A DNA stretch of 64,000 nt from Candidatus Bathyarchaeota archaeon (GCA_963807605.1 CAWECG010000001.1:1-64000); one strand, 5' to 3'; shown: positions 9,575 to 19,906, counted from the first letter of the stretch. The notes: generated by a model not told the origin, from the sequence alone. Numbers and translations: made by a program.

Positions 9575-10393
9575 CTAAATCCGTCTGAGATAGTCAGTGA
9601 AAGACAGGCAGTCTATGTCTCCGCTCAGACAGATGGCGGGCATCTTGGCCTTTCCTTCAGCTACCTCACTAAGGGTGGGCATGGAGCAACCTTGACTTTC
9701 GATATGACTGACGAGACCTTCAAGAAATCCGAGATTGTTCGGCTGACCAATCCTTATTGGGTGAAGTTGGAGGACGCACACTCCATCCCTCGGGACTGTG
9801 TCGATGTGTTCGAGGAATGACTTGAGGACCGTTCTCTGAGAAAATTGATCCAATAACTCATCACTCAAGTGGCAGACTGGAAAGGAAAGGAAGTTGGAGG
9901 TTGCTCCATCAAGGATCACGCGGAAGGGTCTTGAGAGTCCCCGAAAACACTCGTCTCTTCTGACTCCGGCATCGTAAGAAAAGCCCAACTGTTCCAAACA
10001 TCTGAAAGTATTGAGATCGTATGAGTTGTAGGGAGCCCTGAAACCACGTACTGAGACTCCTCTTGCCTGAAGGATTTCCAGAGATCTCTTGATGTACGCA
10101 AGCTGGATGTTAAAGGGTAAGCCCTTGTGTTTTACGTGGTAAAGACTATGAGAAGCAATCTCATGCCTGGTATCAACTAGTTTCTGCAGCAATTCTTCAT
10201 CGGCTATCGAGGCCACTATCGCAAAAGTGAATTTTGCATTATATCTATCCAGAATAGGAAACATGTTCCCCAGAATACTACTGAAATGAATTCTGTGGTA
10301 GAAGTACATCCTTAGCATTTGGTCTAGGCTAGCTTGAATGCCTCTAGCTGAGCTCAGGTGTTTAAGCCAAGCGAGGAGATTGCCCGCCTTCAC
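9575..10393 (-). CDS. Polysaccharide deacetylase family protein
   Basis: HEIASHSLYH, GFRAPY, YD, LQLHP motifs. Confidence 0.85.
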   Translation of the reverse strand: MKAGNLLAWLKHLSSARGIQASLDQMLRMYFYHRIHFSSILGNMFPILDRYNAKFTFAIVASIADEELLQKLVDTRHEIASHSLYHVKHKGLPFNIQLAYIKRSLEILQARGVSVRGFRAPYNSYDLNTFRCLEQLGFSYDAGVRRDECFRGLSRPFRVILDGATSNFLSFPVCHLSDELLDQFSQRTVLKSFLEHIDTVPRDGVCVLQLHPIRIGQPNNLGFLEGLVSHIESQGCSMPTLSEVAEGKAKMPAICLSGDIDCLSFTDYLRRI

Positions 10394-10847
10394 CTTGGGG
10401 AGTCACGTCCTTTATCTGTTTGGCTGGAATGCCAGCTACAATCGCGTAGTCAGGCACGTCACTAGGTACAACCGCGCCTGCTGCGACTATCGCTCCCTCG
10501 CCTACTACAACATTAGGCAGGATTATTGCGCCTGCCGCTATCCAAGCGCCTCTCTTTATCCAGACTCTTTGTGGACCCTTATGGTAGAGGTTGAGCCTTT
10601 GGTGGAATGGGCTCGCCCCAGAATGAGTAATTATCATGACGAAAGGGGCTATCGAAGCCTCGTCGTCAATCCTGATGTACTCTGGATATTGCCCATCCAT
10701 CAAGACGAAGTTTCCAATATACACTCCTTGACCGATTTTCACCCCGCAGAGTCTATGAAATAATACTCTCAAAGGATAATAGGGAGCGAGCCAGGCGAAG
10801 ATCCTGAATATCCTGCTGCCAAGCTTCCAACTCTTCCTCGGCTTCAT
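10362..10847 (-). CDS. Hexapeptide-repeat (left-handed beta-helix) acyltransferase
   Basis: IGQGVYIG, AWIAAGAIILPNVVVGEGAIVAAGAVV, VAGIPAK. Confidence 0.88.
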   Translation of the reverse strand: MKPRKSWKLGSRIFRIFAWLAPYYPLRVLFHRLCGVKIGQGVYIGNFVLMDGQYPEYIRIDDEASIAPFVMIITHSGASPFHQRLNLYHKGPQRVWIKRGAWIAAGAIILPNVVVGEGAIVAAGAVVPSDVPDYAIVAGIPAKQIKDVTPQGEGGQSPRLA

Positions 10848-10941
10848 CGGCTCACCAGCTTAGCCTTCATAGGCGAAATCATCTGCTTAAAGATTAGGCA
10901 GACGGCAAATCTTAAGCCGGATTCAGATCCTATAACAACAT

Positions 10942-11328
10942 ATGAGCTCGATAAAAAGAGTCAGCTGGATTGAGGGCGTCTCAAAACCTAGAGCCTCCTA
11001 CTCAAATCTGACCAGGGCTGGGAACTTCATCTTCATCGCCGGACAGGTTGCTATGGATCCTGAGACTGGAAAGGTTCCAGAGAAGCTTGCGGACCAGCTT
11101 AGACTAATCTTTGAGAACATTAGAAAGCTGCTTGAGAACGAAGGCGGATCCCTGATGAATGTTGTCAAGACCACCGCATTCCTAGCTGATACATCCTACC
11201 ACGAAGAGTACGATCAGATCTACCGTTCCTACTTCAAAGACGGATACCCGGCCAGATCTACAGTACAAGCAAAACTCATGCATCCCGACTTCAAAGTCGA
11301 AATTGAGGCAACAGCATACATGACCTGA
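10942..11328 (+). CDS. ridA: RidA/YjgF family imine deaminase
   Basis: FIAGQV, VVKTT, YPARSTV, VEIEATA. Confidence 0.9.
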   Translation: MSSIKRVSWIEGVSKPRASYSNLTRAGNFIFIAGQVAMDPETGKVPEKLADQLRLIFENIRKLLENEGGSLMNVVKTTAFLADTSYHEEYDQIYRSYFKDGYPARSTVQAKLMHPDFKVEIEATAYMT

Positions 11329-11400
11329 AGAGGGACAGACCAGATCCGTTCCCTTTGATGCCGGAATTCAGACAGTAACCGCCAGGCATATTAGACGCTA

Positions 11401-12570
11401 CTAGTCAAGCTTACTGCAGAACCTCTCCATCCGATCCATACCCTTCTCTATCGCTGAGGTCGAGGCAGCATAGCTTAAGCGGGCATTCTCGTCCTTACCA
11501 AAGATGATTCCTGGGACAACCGCAACATTTTCCTCGCTAAGAAGCCTTTTGGCAAAATCCATTGATGAACCTGCACCCTCTATGCGCGGAAACGCGTAGA
11601 ATGCGCCTTGGGGTAGTTCACACTCGATATTCTTCATTTCACGCAGTCTATCTACCATCAGTCTTCTTCGCTTGTCAAATGCTTCAACCATAATCCTCAC
11701 CGACTCCTGTGGCCCTCTCAGGGCCTCCAGGGCAGCCATTTGAGCTATACTGGTAGGGTTGCTTGTCATGTGATCTTGAAGTCTGCCTATCGCCTCAAGG
11801 ATCTCTCTCGGTCCTGCCGTGTACCCTATCCTCCAGCCTGTCATCGAGTACGTCTTGGAGAATGAATTCGAAATGACAGTCCGATTCTTGACCTCATCAC
11901 TCAGGGAGGCAATACTCATTTGTCTAAGTCCGTCGTAGACGAAGGCTTCATAGACCTCATCTGAAACGATCCAGAGATCATGCTCCAAGGCGAAGTCTGC
12001 TATCAATCTCAGCTCGCCATGAGTCATCACAGTCCCTGCCGGGTTCGAGGGCGAGTTTAGAATCAGTAACTTCGTCCTGCCAGTTACCTCTCTCCTCATA
12101 TTCTCAATGTTGAATCGGGGGTCTTTCTCCACTGGAATTAGTTTTGGATGAGCACCTGCAAGCTTGATCTGTTCAAGATAGCTAACCCAGTAAGGCACAA
12201 ACAGAAGAGCCTCATCGCCAGGATTGAGGAGGACCTGCATGATATTGTACAGGCTGTGTTTTCCGCCACAGGATACGACTATTTGCCGCGGTTCATAAAA
12301 CAGATTGTTAAGCTTCTGGAGCTTTTCTGCAAGGGCCTGTCTGAGTTCGTCGATTCCCGCGGTCGGGGTGTAGTAAGTGAAGTTGTCGTTTATGGCTTTG
12401 ATGGCAGCCGCCTTTATGTTTGGTGGAGTTGGAAAGTCGGGTTCACCGGCTCCAAGGTTCACAACATCCTTTCCCTGCTTCTTCAGTTGCTTGGCTGCTG
12501 CGGTTATGCTCAGAGTCAGGCTTGGATTGATTGATCTTGCTCTCTCAGCAATCATGTTTGAAACGGACAA
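11401..12570 (-). CDS. PLP-dependent class I/II (aspartate-type) aminotransferase
   Basis: GEPDF, NSPSNPAG, SDEVY, SFSKTYSMTGWRIGY. Confidence 0.92.
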   Translation of the reverse strand: MSVSNMIAERARSINPSLTLSITAAAKQLKKQGKDVVNLGAGEPDFPTPPNIKAAAIKAINDNFTYYTPTAGIDELRQALAEKLQKLNNLFYEPRQIVVSCGGKHSLYNIMQVLLNPGDEALLFVPYWVSYLEQIKLAGAHPKLIPVEKDPRFNIENMRREVTGRTKLLILNSPSNPAGTVMTHGELRLIADFALEHDLWIVSDEVYEAFVYDGLRQMSIASLSDEVKNRTVISNSFSKTYSMTGWRIGYTAGPREILEAIGRLQDHMTSNPTSIAQMAALEALRGPQESVRIMVEAFDKRRRLMVDRLREMKNIECELPQGAFYAFPRIEGAGSSMDFAKRLLSEENVAVVPGIIFGKDENARLSYAASTSAIEKGMDRMERFCSKLD

Positions 12571-12625
12571 TAAACCGGTGAGATTCTAATTAAAACTAAT
12601 TCTCTATCTGAGGAAAGGCCCTCTG

Positions 12626-13804
12626 ATGAGCCCCTCGGAAGACTTTTCATCCACCATGATAAACAGACTGTATCCGAGTGGAAAAAGATTGTTAACTCAC
12701 AAGGAACGGTACATGAAGGCTGTACATCTTGAAATTCCAGACATGGTGCCTGTCGAAGGATCCCTCGATCTAATTCACGCTCAGAGGATTCTTGGCAAGG
12801 AGCCCATGAGCCCATACATCTTCCTAACGCAGAAGAAACACGACCTAGACATGAATGACCTGACTAAACACAATCAGCGACTGCTGAATGAAACGGCCAT
12901 CAAACTGGACTTCGATTGTCTGATGGTCAATGATTGGAATATCTACCCCGATGGTTTCAAGCCACGATTCATAGATGAGACCAGCTATGTTGACCATCTC
13001 GGGAGAATCCACAAAGTCAAGCCTGATGTCAAGACAGTATACTGGGTCGACGGAGTAGTGAAGTCACCAAGCGACGTTGAAAAGCTAGAACTTCCAGATC
13101 CGGAAGATCTCAATATGGATGTTGTCGAAGAGACACTAGACGTAGCCGCAGGCGAATACCCCGTCATGGGCTGGTGCCACTCCGTAGTGCACGGGCCTTA
13201 CCAGGTAAGAGGTGGAATAGACAAACTTGCCATTGATATCTACAGGCAGCCAGAATCTGCGAGAAAACTGATTGAGAAATTCTTCAGCTACGAAATCGGC
13301 ATGATCAAGAGATTAATCGGGCTGGGTGTTGACATGATAGTCGAAGGCGACGATCTATCAGACATCAAAGGTCCGATGTTTTCGCCGAAGATACTCAGGG
13401 AGTTCTTCTTCCCATACATAAAGAAGTTCATTGAGGAATGCCACTCCCACAAGATCCCCGTCATGAAGCACTCAGATGGAAACCTCTATCCCATACTCGA
13501 GGATCTGGTAAACCTCGGTTACGACGGCATACACCCAATCGAACCGGCTGTCATGGACCTTGGAAAGGTCAAACAGCTCTACGGAGATCGAATCTTCCTT
13601 CGTGGAAACGTGGACTGTGTGCATATTCTGCCTTATGGCTCCGAGGAGGATGTGAGGCGTGATGTCAGGCGATGCATAGATGCGGCTGCTAAAGGAGGAG
13701 GCTTCATCCTTTCGGACAGCAACTCACTCCACAGCAACGTGAAGACAGAGAACATCAAGATAATGGTCGACGAAACAAGAAAGTACGGCAAATACAATCC
13801 ATGA
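12626..13804 (+). CDS. Uroporphyrinogen-decarboxylase-family protein (MtaA/CmuA-like methyltransferase fold); true start may be downstream
   Basis: GDDL...GPMFSP, HSDGN, HPIEP, GNVD, GGGFILS. Confidence 0.8.
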   Translation: MSPSEDFSSTMINRLYPSGKRLLTHKERYMKAVHLEIPDMVPVEGSLDLIHAQRILGKEPMSPYIFLTQKKHDLDMNDLTKHNQRLLNETAIKLDFDCLMVNDWNIYPDGFKPRFIDETSYVDHLGRIHKVKPDVKTVYWVDGVVKSPSDVEKLELPDPEDLNMDVVEETLDVAAGEYPVMGWCHSVVHGPYQVRGGIDKLAIDIYRQPESARKLIEKFFSYEIGMIKRLIGLGVDMIVEGDDLSDIKGPMFSPKILREFFFPYIKKFIEECHSHKIPVMKHSDGNLYPILEDLVNLGYDGIHPIEPAVMDLGKVKQLYGDRIFLRGNVDCVHILPYGSEEDVRRDVRRCIDAAAKGGGFILSDSNSLHSNVKTENIKIMVDETRKYGKYNP

Positions 13805-13907
13805 CAAAAATGAAACTGCCTTGAGATTCTAGATACACAGGCTTAGTAATCAGCCTAGATTCGGGAAAGTTTAATACCCGCAGAAACGAGAAAAATGCGA
13901 AGATTAA

Positions 13908-14336
13908 ATGCCGAGATGGAATCTAGATCGGCTGGGTCAAACCTCAAACGTTAGCTTTCCTGCGATCGTTCTGGTTGGCGTGGCATTCTTTGGAGTGTAC
14001 TGCCCGTTTTTTTATATTGATATGACCATTGACGCTCCGTCAACTGTATCTGTCGGTCAAACGTTTGTTATCTCGGGCACAAGCTATCAGTCAGCTGCTG
14101 AGCGTGTGAACCTTCATCTCACTGATTTTGGAGACTCAATAGCTTACGCGGTGGTTGGAACAGCGCCTCCGTACGCCTTTGAGTTCAGCGTCACAGTCTC
14201 TAGCACAGGTCTCAGCGTCAATGGGGTAACCGTCTACAATGGCACTACCTCAGGGAGGACTTTCTACTTCTTTGTAGTATCTAACAGCAGGCCCTACAAC
14301 GTAAGCCCCTTGGCTGGTGTTTCGGTCCAAGGCTGA
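13908..14336 (+). CDS. Hypothetical secreted or membrane-anchored beta-rich protein
   Basis: N-terminal hydrophobic segment followed by an Ig-like beta pattern. Confidence 0.55.
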   Translation: MPRWNLDRLGQTSNVSFPAIVLVGVAFFGVYCPFFYIDMTIDAPSTVSVGQTFVISGTSYQSAAERVNLHLTDFGDSIAYAVVGTAPPYAFEFSVTVSSTGLSVNGVTVYNGTTSGRTFYFFVVSNSRPYNVSPLAGVSVQG

Positions 14337-14380
14337 ATTGACTCAGTCGACGGAATGAGTCTAACGGTCTCTAAAGAATA

Positions 14381-15073
14381 TCAGACGTTTTTCTTTAACC
14401 CTCTTTTCGATATCTTTCTCCGTTTTCTCATCCTAGTGATTATCACTTGCGAAATTGTTCCTGTCGCCAGGCCGATCCCGACTAAGATACCGCCTATGAC
14501 AAGTGGGTTGCTGAAGACCCTCTCGATACCAAAATAAAGACCCCACGCAAGCAAACCACCTCCAACCAAACCAACAAATATTCCAGTCATTGCATAGGGT
14601 ATTTCAAGAACAGCTAAGAAGGTCAATATCACTGCAAGCCACCATCCGACAAGGAATGTGGTTAGAGCAAGGATTCCGAAGGTTCCTAACCGTCCAGCAC
14701 GAGCAGTTAAGAATCGATAGATGGGCCTAAAGCGCTTCTTCAGTATCCTAAGATAACGTTCAGCCGACGCATACTTGTCAAGAGATACCAGAATACTAAG
14801 TGAACTATACGATATGAATGTGAATATCCCAAGACACAATATTATGGACTCATATGGAGCTAACCCGATTCTAACACCGTACGTCACTGGGAGCGCAAAT
14901 CCCCCAACAAGAGCCAGAATTGCGAAGATCGCAAGGCCCTTCCCAAGAGCACCTCCGAAAGCTAGTATAGCCAGAAAGGCTAACATAATTACCAGAGTCG
15001 GGCACTTGCGGAAGAGATCTCTCAAGGAGATTATTTCTTCAGGCTGTGTCGCCGACGGGGCGTCTCGCCGCAT
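14381..15073 (-). CDS. Multi-pass membrane protein
   Basis: About 6 hydrophobic segments and a basic C-terminal tail. Confidence 0.65.
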   Translation of the reverse strand: MRRDAPSATQPEEIISLRDLFRKCPTLVIMLAFLAILAFGGALGKGLAIFAILALVGGFALPVTYGVRIGLAPYESIILCLGIFTFISYSSLSILVSLDKYASAERYLRILKKRFRPIYRFLTARAGRLGTFGILALTTFLVGWWLAVILTFLAVLEIPYAMTGIFVGLVGGGLLAWGLYFGIERVFSNPLVIGGILVGIGLATGTISQVIITRMRKRRKISKRGLKKNV

Positions 15074-15236
15074 ATATTATTGTAATGTTATGATGCTTAA
15101 AACTCTCATTGACCCTTTTTTGCTGCTTGCTACGTGACGCTTCTCTCATCAAATTACATGACTAGATTTAGTCGCTAGCATTTTCCCCTGACCTTTCACG
15201 CGGCGCTTAGTGAATGCTATCAGATAGCTTTCAGCT

Positions 15237-15956
15237 TTAAACGTACATCGTAGCAATAAGTTTCTTCACCATATTATCTTTGGGATTCTTCAAAAGTTCA
15301 GAAGGTGTGTCAACTTGGATTATTCGACCCTTATTCATGACGGCGATCCTATCTCCTAATGCGAAAGCGTCTTCCGGGTTATGCATGACGCATATAGTTG
15401 TTGCTTTGGCGTCTTTTAGACTCGCCCTAAGCCGCTCTCTGACATCAATCTTCGTGGCCTCATCGATACTGCTTAGAGGTTCATCAAGGAGGAGTAAAGC
15501 TGGGTTTGTTGCTAACGCTCTAGCTAGAGCAACTCTCTGCTTCTGTCCTCCGCTGAGCTCGTCTGGCCTTCTGTCAGCGAATTGTTTGAGCTCAACAAAT
15601 GATAGCATCTTATCAACTACTTGACTTACCTCGTCTCGAGGAACATTCCTAACTTCAAGTCCGAAGCTAATATTGTCGCGAACTTTCAAATGTGGAAAGA
15701 GACCGAAGTCCTGAGGCACATACCCTATGCCTCTTGACTCTACCGGAAGATCGTTGATAACAGCTCCATCCATCCAGATGTGTCCTTCATCAGGCTGAAG
15801 AGCGCCAAGGATAACTAGTAAGAGTGTTGTTTTTCCGCAGCCGCTGGGTCCCATCACGACCATGAATTCTTCTGTATCGATCTCAAGGTCGATGTGATCT
15901 AGTGCTCTGATGCTACCGTAGTTCTTGCAAATATGGTCAAGTCTGAGGTTCTTCAT
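15237..15956 (-). CDS. ABC transporter ATP-binding subunit (ModC/WtpC-like)
   Basis: GPSGCGKT, LSGGQKQRVALARA, LLLDEP. Confidence 0.9.
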   Translation of the reverse strand: MKNLRLDHICKNYGSIRALDHIDLEIDTEEFMVVMGPSGCGKTTLLLVILGALQPDEGHIWMDGAVINDLPVESRGIGYVPQDFGLFPHLKVRDNISFGLEVRNVPRDEVSQVVDKMLSFVELKQFADRRPDELSGGQKQRVALARALATNPALLLLDEPLSSIDEATKIDVRERLRASLKDAKATTICVMHNPEDAFALGDRIAVMNKGRIIQVDTPSELLKNPKDNMVKKLIATMYV

Positions 15957-16717
15957 CGTCTCTCCTTCACACCACGCCTCAACCAGATCAGAGCGATTAT
16001 CGATAAAGTCTCTGCAACTACCGCTGCTGCCACAGCAGTATGCGGTTCAGTCTGAGATACACTGAATACAAGTGTGGGTATGACCTCCGTCTTCCAAGGA
16101 ATTATTCCGGCAAAGACCATGGTGGCCCCCAACTCCCCCATAGCTCTGGCCCAGGTGAGAGAGAAGCCGGCAAGTAAATCTCTCTTCGACAGTGGCAGTA
16201 TGATTCGGAAGAGTAGAGGTTTCATGTCGGCTCCCAGTGACCGCGCTATCAAGTCCAGTCCTCTTGCCTTAACCTCTCGGAATCTCCTAGCCGCAAAACC
16301 AACCATGAACGGAGAGGAGACGTAGAATTTCGCGATGACGACTGCAGCATATGTGAACGCCAGATTCGCAGGCGAACCGGGTCCCAGCAGAATAAGATAA
16401 ACTAGCCCTATCGTCACAGGGGGAAAAGTCTGCGGAAGATCGACCATCAACGTCTCCAACGTCGACTTGAACCTAAAATCTCTATATGTCAAGAAATAAG
16501 CGAAAGGTATCCCGACCAAGACTGCAAGTATCCCTACAATGAATGATGAAGAAACGCTGATGAAGAGTGCTCCCAGCACTCTGCTGCTGAGAAACTGCGG
16601 AGCTACCTTGTCCCACGATATCAACGTGATAAAGTAGATGTAGAAACTTGCAAGTAGCATGTATCCTCCGAAGGCCAAAGCGCAGAGAGTCATTGCAAAA
16701 CTAATCTTGCTTCTCAA
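15953..16717 (-). CDS. ABC transporter permease (ModB/WtpB-like)
   Basis: LPQTFPPVTIG, ARSLGA, WARAMGELGATMVFAG. Confidence 0.85.
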   Translation of the reverse strand: MRSKISFAMTLCALAFGGYMLLASFYIYFITLISWDKVAPQFLSSRVLGALFISVSSSFIVGILAVLVGIPFAYFLTYRDFRFKSTLETLMVDLPQTFPPVTIGLVYLILLGPGSPANLAFTYAAVVIAKFYVSSPFMVGFAARRFREVKARGLDLIARSLGADMKPLLFRIILPLSKRDLLAGFSLTWARAMGELGATMVFAGIIPWKTEVIPTLVFSVSQTEPHTAVAAAVVAETLSIIALIWLRRGVKERR

Positions 16718-17055
16718 CCAGTTTCACCATCAACCTATCCTAAGACACGCATAAACAAATTAATTTTCTGTAAACGGTTTGATTGAGCTTCAGATGGGTA
16801 GCGCGCGAATTACCGCACCACGCTAAAGAAAAACACAGATTTCGATTGACAATAACAGAAACTTATTAGGAAGATGATAGAAGGGAGACGCACATCAATC
16901 CGTCTACGGCGAGATCGAGTGCTATTATGATGAAATCGCTAGAAAGGATGGATTCCCAAGTAACCCACAGCGAATCTGAGCGTGAAAGACACTCTCACCT
17001 TCCAAAAACCTGTCTTGACCAAAGCTGGTCTAAATCGAACAAAAGTTGATGCATC

Positions 17056-18891
17056 TTGGTCGATCTTAATGCCTTAGTCTCTGCAGAGTCCGGCAGGCTT
17101 CTCCTACAGGGAAATGAAGCGATAGTGAGGGGGGCTCTAGAGGGTGGTGTGAAGGTCGTAACAGCCTACCCCGGAACTCCTTCATCAGAGATTCTAGATA
17201 CATTCTATGAGATATCTGACCGGACCAAGGTATATTCTGAATACTCCACCAATGAGAAGGTAGCTCTCGAGGTAGCTGCAGGAGCCGCCATCTCGGGCTT
17301 GAGGGCTCTTTGCGCGATGAAGCATGTTGGGCTAAACGTGGCTTCTGACGCCTTTGTGACCCTCGCCTATACGGGGGTAAAGGGCGGATTCGTAATCGTG
17401 ACCGCTGACGATCCTTCATGTTGGAGCTCACAGAACGAGCAAGACAACAGACACTACGCTAGGCTTGCGAACGTACCGATGTTCGAGCCATCTAACAGCC
17501 AAGAGGCAAAAGACATGACACTGTCAGCTTTGGAGATCTCTGAGCAGCTTGAACTTCCAGTCCTCTTGAGAACCACGACCAGAATAAGTCATACATTAAG
17601 CCCTGTGTCTTTGAATACCATTAGAAGAATATCTCGCAAAGGAACATTCGTGAAAGACCCAGACCGCTTTGTCATGGTTCCGCGCAACGCGCTTAAGATG
17701 CATGATGTCCTCTTGGACAAAATGAAAAAAGCCGTTGAAATTAGTGAAGCTTCGACTTACAACAAGATAATTCGGAAAGATGGCGAGGTAGGAATGATAA
17801 CTTCCGGCGCGGCCTTCAACTACGCTATTGAGGCAGCAAATAAGCTCGGAATGAAAGCCTCGATCCTCAAACTGGGTATGACTTACCCCCTGCCTTCAAG
17901 ATTAATTCTCAAATTCGTAGAGAATTGTAGCAAGATATTCATCGTCGAAGAACTTGACCCCGTACTGGAGAATGATGTGAGGAGTATAACTTCCACCCTA
18001 GAAACGAAACCCCGAATTGTCGGGAAGCTGACAGGACATTTTCCGAGGAGTAGAGAATACTCTACTGAGATCGTATACGATGGAATCGCCAGAGATCTTG
18101 ACCTGCCGACATTCTTGGAAAAGAAGGGTTTGAAACCCATCAGTATACCCGATTCGCTCCCCCGGCCTCCGATACTCTGCGCAGGGTGCCCGCACAGAGC
18201 TTCGTTCTATGTCATGAAGAATACGCTCAGCAAGAACATTGTCTATTGCACTGACATAGGATGCTACGCTCTTGGTATACAGCCGCCACAGGCGGTGGGC
18301 GACCTACTGATATGCATGGGCGCGAGTCTAGGAACCGCAAGCGGAATAAGTCTATCTCAAGGCGAGCCTGCAGTAGCGATAGTCGGAGACTCAACCTTTT
18401 TCCACGCTTCCATACCCGCCCTTATCAATGCTGTGTACAACAACCACAGGATCGTGGTCGTAGTCTTGGACAATTCTACTACTGCCATGACCGGATTTCA
18501 GCCGCACCCTGGTGTCAAAACTGAGAAAGGCAACAGAGTGATGATAGAGGATGTTGCGAATGGTTGCGGAGTCAAGTACGTTAGAGTTGTGGATCCGATG
18601 AATGTGAAGGAGACCAAGAAGATCCTCAGTGAAGCCGTGGGCTTTCAGGGCCCATCCGTTGTCGTTCTCAGGCATATCTGCTCTATATATGAGAGGAGAC
18701 AGGGGATAAGACATCGCCCATATACAGTATCTGAGAAAGAATGTGACGGATGCCTAGCTTGCATCAAGGCCTTCGGCTGTCCCGCTTTTCACATCGTCGA
18801 CAACAAGGCAAAGATCGACGAAGTCCTATGTACAGGATGCGGATTCTGTGTCCACATCTGTCCAAAGAAGAGCATTCAACAGTTCAAGTGA
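17056..18891 (+). CDS. iorA: Indolepyruvate:ferredoxin oxidoreductase alpha subunit
   Basis: GNEAI, YPGTPSSE, MKHVGLNVA, SSQNEQD, LCAGCPHR, DIGCY, GDSTFFH and C-terminal ferredoxin motifs. Confidence 0.95.
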   Translation: MVDLNALVSAESGRLLLQGNEAIVRGALEGGVKVVTAYPGTPSSEILDTFYEISDRTKVYSEYSTNEKVALEVAAGAAISGLRALCAMKHVGLNVASDAFVTLAYTGVKGGFVIVTADDPSCWSSQNEQDNRHYARLANVPMFEPSNSQEAKDMTLSALEISEQLELPVLLRTTTRISHTLSPVSLNTIRRISRKGTFVKDPDRFVMVPRNALKMHDVLLDKMKKAVEISEASTYNKIIRKDGEVGMITSGAAFNYAIEAANKLGMKASILKLGMTYPLPSRLILKFVENCSKIFIVEELDPVLENDVRSITSTLETKPRIVGKLTGHFPRSREYSTEIVYDGIARDLDLPTFLEKKGLKPISIPDSLPRPPILCAGCPHRASFYVMKNTLSKNIVYCTDIGCYALGIQPPQAVGDLLICMGASLGTASGISLSQGEPAVAIVGDSTFFHASIPALINAVYNNHRIVVVVLDNSTTAMTGFQPHPGVKTEKGNRVMIEDVANGCGVKYVRVVDPMNVKETKKILSEAVGFQGPSVVVLRHICSIYERRQGIRHRPYTVSEKECDGCLACIKAFGCPAFHIVDNKAKIDEVLCTGCGFCVHICPKKSIQQFK

Positions 18892-18892
18892 A

Positions 18893-18903
18893 TTATCGTG
18901 TTA
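18893..18903 (+). repeat. attL core TTATCGTGTTA
   Basis: Identical to 58438-58448; begins 2 nt after the iorA stop. Confidence 0.88.
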
Positions 18904-19002
18904 CCGTGGCAGTTTTCGGCATGTGTTAATTTTGGTCTACTCTCCGGCAGTTCCAATTCGCTCTCTGGTTTATGAGTTCTTGAGGGCGTTATTCCGTCTT
19001 CG

Positions 19003-19194
19003 GTGAACTTGTTGAATCCGAGGGCTGAGGGTGCTTTTGAGGCTATCAGTTATGTGAAGGAGTTTCTTCACAGGTATGGAGATCGAGAGCGGTTTTCCGC
19101 GATGTTGGAGAAGGAGTTGGATGTTTTGATAAGTGATGTTGTGAGTGGGACCGCGGTGGATTTTCGGGTTCGGTTGCGAAATCCTGTGGGCTAA
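19003..19194 (+). CDS. Hypothetical viral protein
   Basis: 63 aa ORF next to attL. Confidence 0.5.
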   Translation: MNLLNPRAEGAFEAISYVKEFLHRYGDRERFSAMLEKELDVLISDVVSGTAVDFRVRLRNPVG

Positions 19195-19361
19195 ATTATT
19201 TCCTCCTTTTTGAGTAGCTCTCGTACCGCTTGAGAGATAACATCGGATTTGCTGTCTAGTCCCTGTTTCTTTGCTTTGTCTGTTGTCAGGTATACGTCAA
19301 CCATCTTCAGCAGGGGTGCAGGTATTCGGACGACTGCCTGTTTTCCCTTCGTTTTTGGCAT
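19191..19361 (-). CDS. Ribbon-helix-helix regulator (56 aa, not in the ORF track; candidate repressor)
   Basis: MPKTKGKQAVVRIPAPLLKMVD...SKSDVISQAVRELL; GGTGA RBS upstream. Confidence 0.8.
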   Translation of the reverse strand: MPKTKGKQAVVRIPAPLLKMVDVYLTTDKAKKQGLDSKSDVISQAVRELLKKEEII

Positions 19362-19370
19362 TTTTTCACC

Positions 19371-19440
19371 TATGTAACAGGCTGTTACTTCTACGTAACT
19401 GTTATATATTACTTGCGCATCTGTAACTTCTAAGTTACAG
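19371..19440. promoter_or_regulatory. Divergent promoter/operator region
   Basis: GTAAC-N5-GTTAC (19374-19388), GTAAC at 19395, central TTATATAT (19402-19409), and palindrome CTGTAACTT-CT-AAGTTACAG (19421-19440). Confidence 0.75.
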
Positions 19441-19448
19441 GTGATATT

Positions 19449-19631
19449 TTGAGAGAAAAAACAACTCCAGTACGCATGGATCGAGACCTTCTTCCGCCAC
19501 TCAGAAAAATAGTCTCTGAGTCAAGGGATGAGCTGGATCTCAAGAAGTACGGGAGCATTTCGGATATCGTAACCGAGGCCGTAAAACAGTTCCTGCGAAG
19601 ACAGAAGAAAACCGTGGGGGGTTCGGCTTGA
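19449..19631 (+). CDS. Ribbon-helix-helix regulator (candidate Cro-equivalent)
   Basis: TTPVRMDRDLL...YGSISDIVTEAVKQFL; GGTGA RBS. Confidence 0.75.
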   Translation: MREKTTPVRMDRDLLPPLRKIVSESRDELDLKKYGSISDIVTEAVKQFLRRQKKTVGGSA

Positions 19632-19711
19632 TCACCCTGCGCGACGCCATCATGGAAGCCCTAGGCATCCTCAGAAAGGCGCGGCGACCCCTCCAGGAGG
19701 CGACTAACTAA

Positions 19712-19906
19712 ATGACCGTTCAGAACTCTGTTGTCGGCAAGAGTGTCTTCGTGAAGCTCTTTGATGAAGACGCCAAAATCATTGAGAAGAAGGTTTTCGG
19801 CGACGACTGCTCCTTAGGCGATCAGACTGACATCAACACGAAAGTTTGGTTCCGGTACACCTCGGTTGAAGGTCATCCAGTCGTAGAGATGGAGGTGGCT
19901 ATCTGA
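19712..19906 (+). CDS. Hypothetical viral protein
   Basis: ORF in tightly packed early operon. Confidence 0.6.
   Translation: MTVQNSVVGKSVFVKLFDEDAKIIEKKVFGDDCSLGDQTDINTKVWFRYTSVEGHPVVEMEVAI

Noticed and set aside
18893-18922. Minus-strand ATG (MPKTATVTR) reading toward attL, as a possible SSV1-type split integrase or gene rejoined on excision
   Set aside because: Its stop codon lies inside the att core, so it stays 9 aa in attP; the integrase is intact at the other end.
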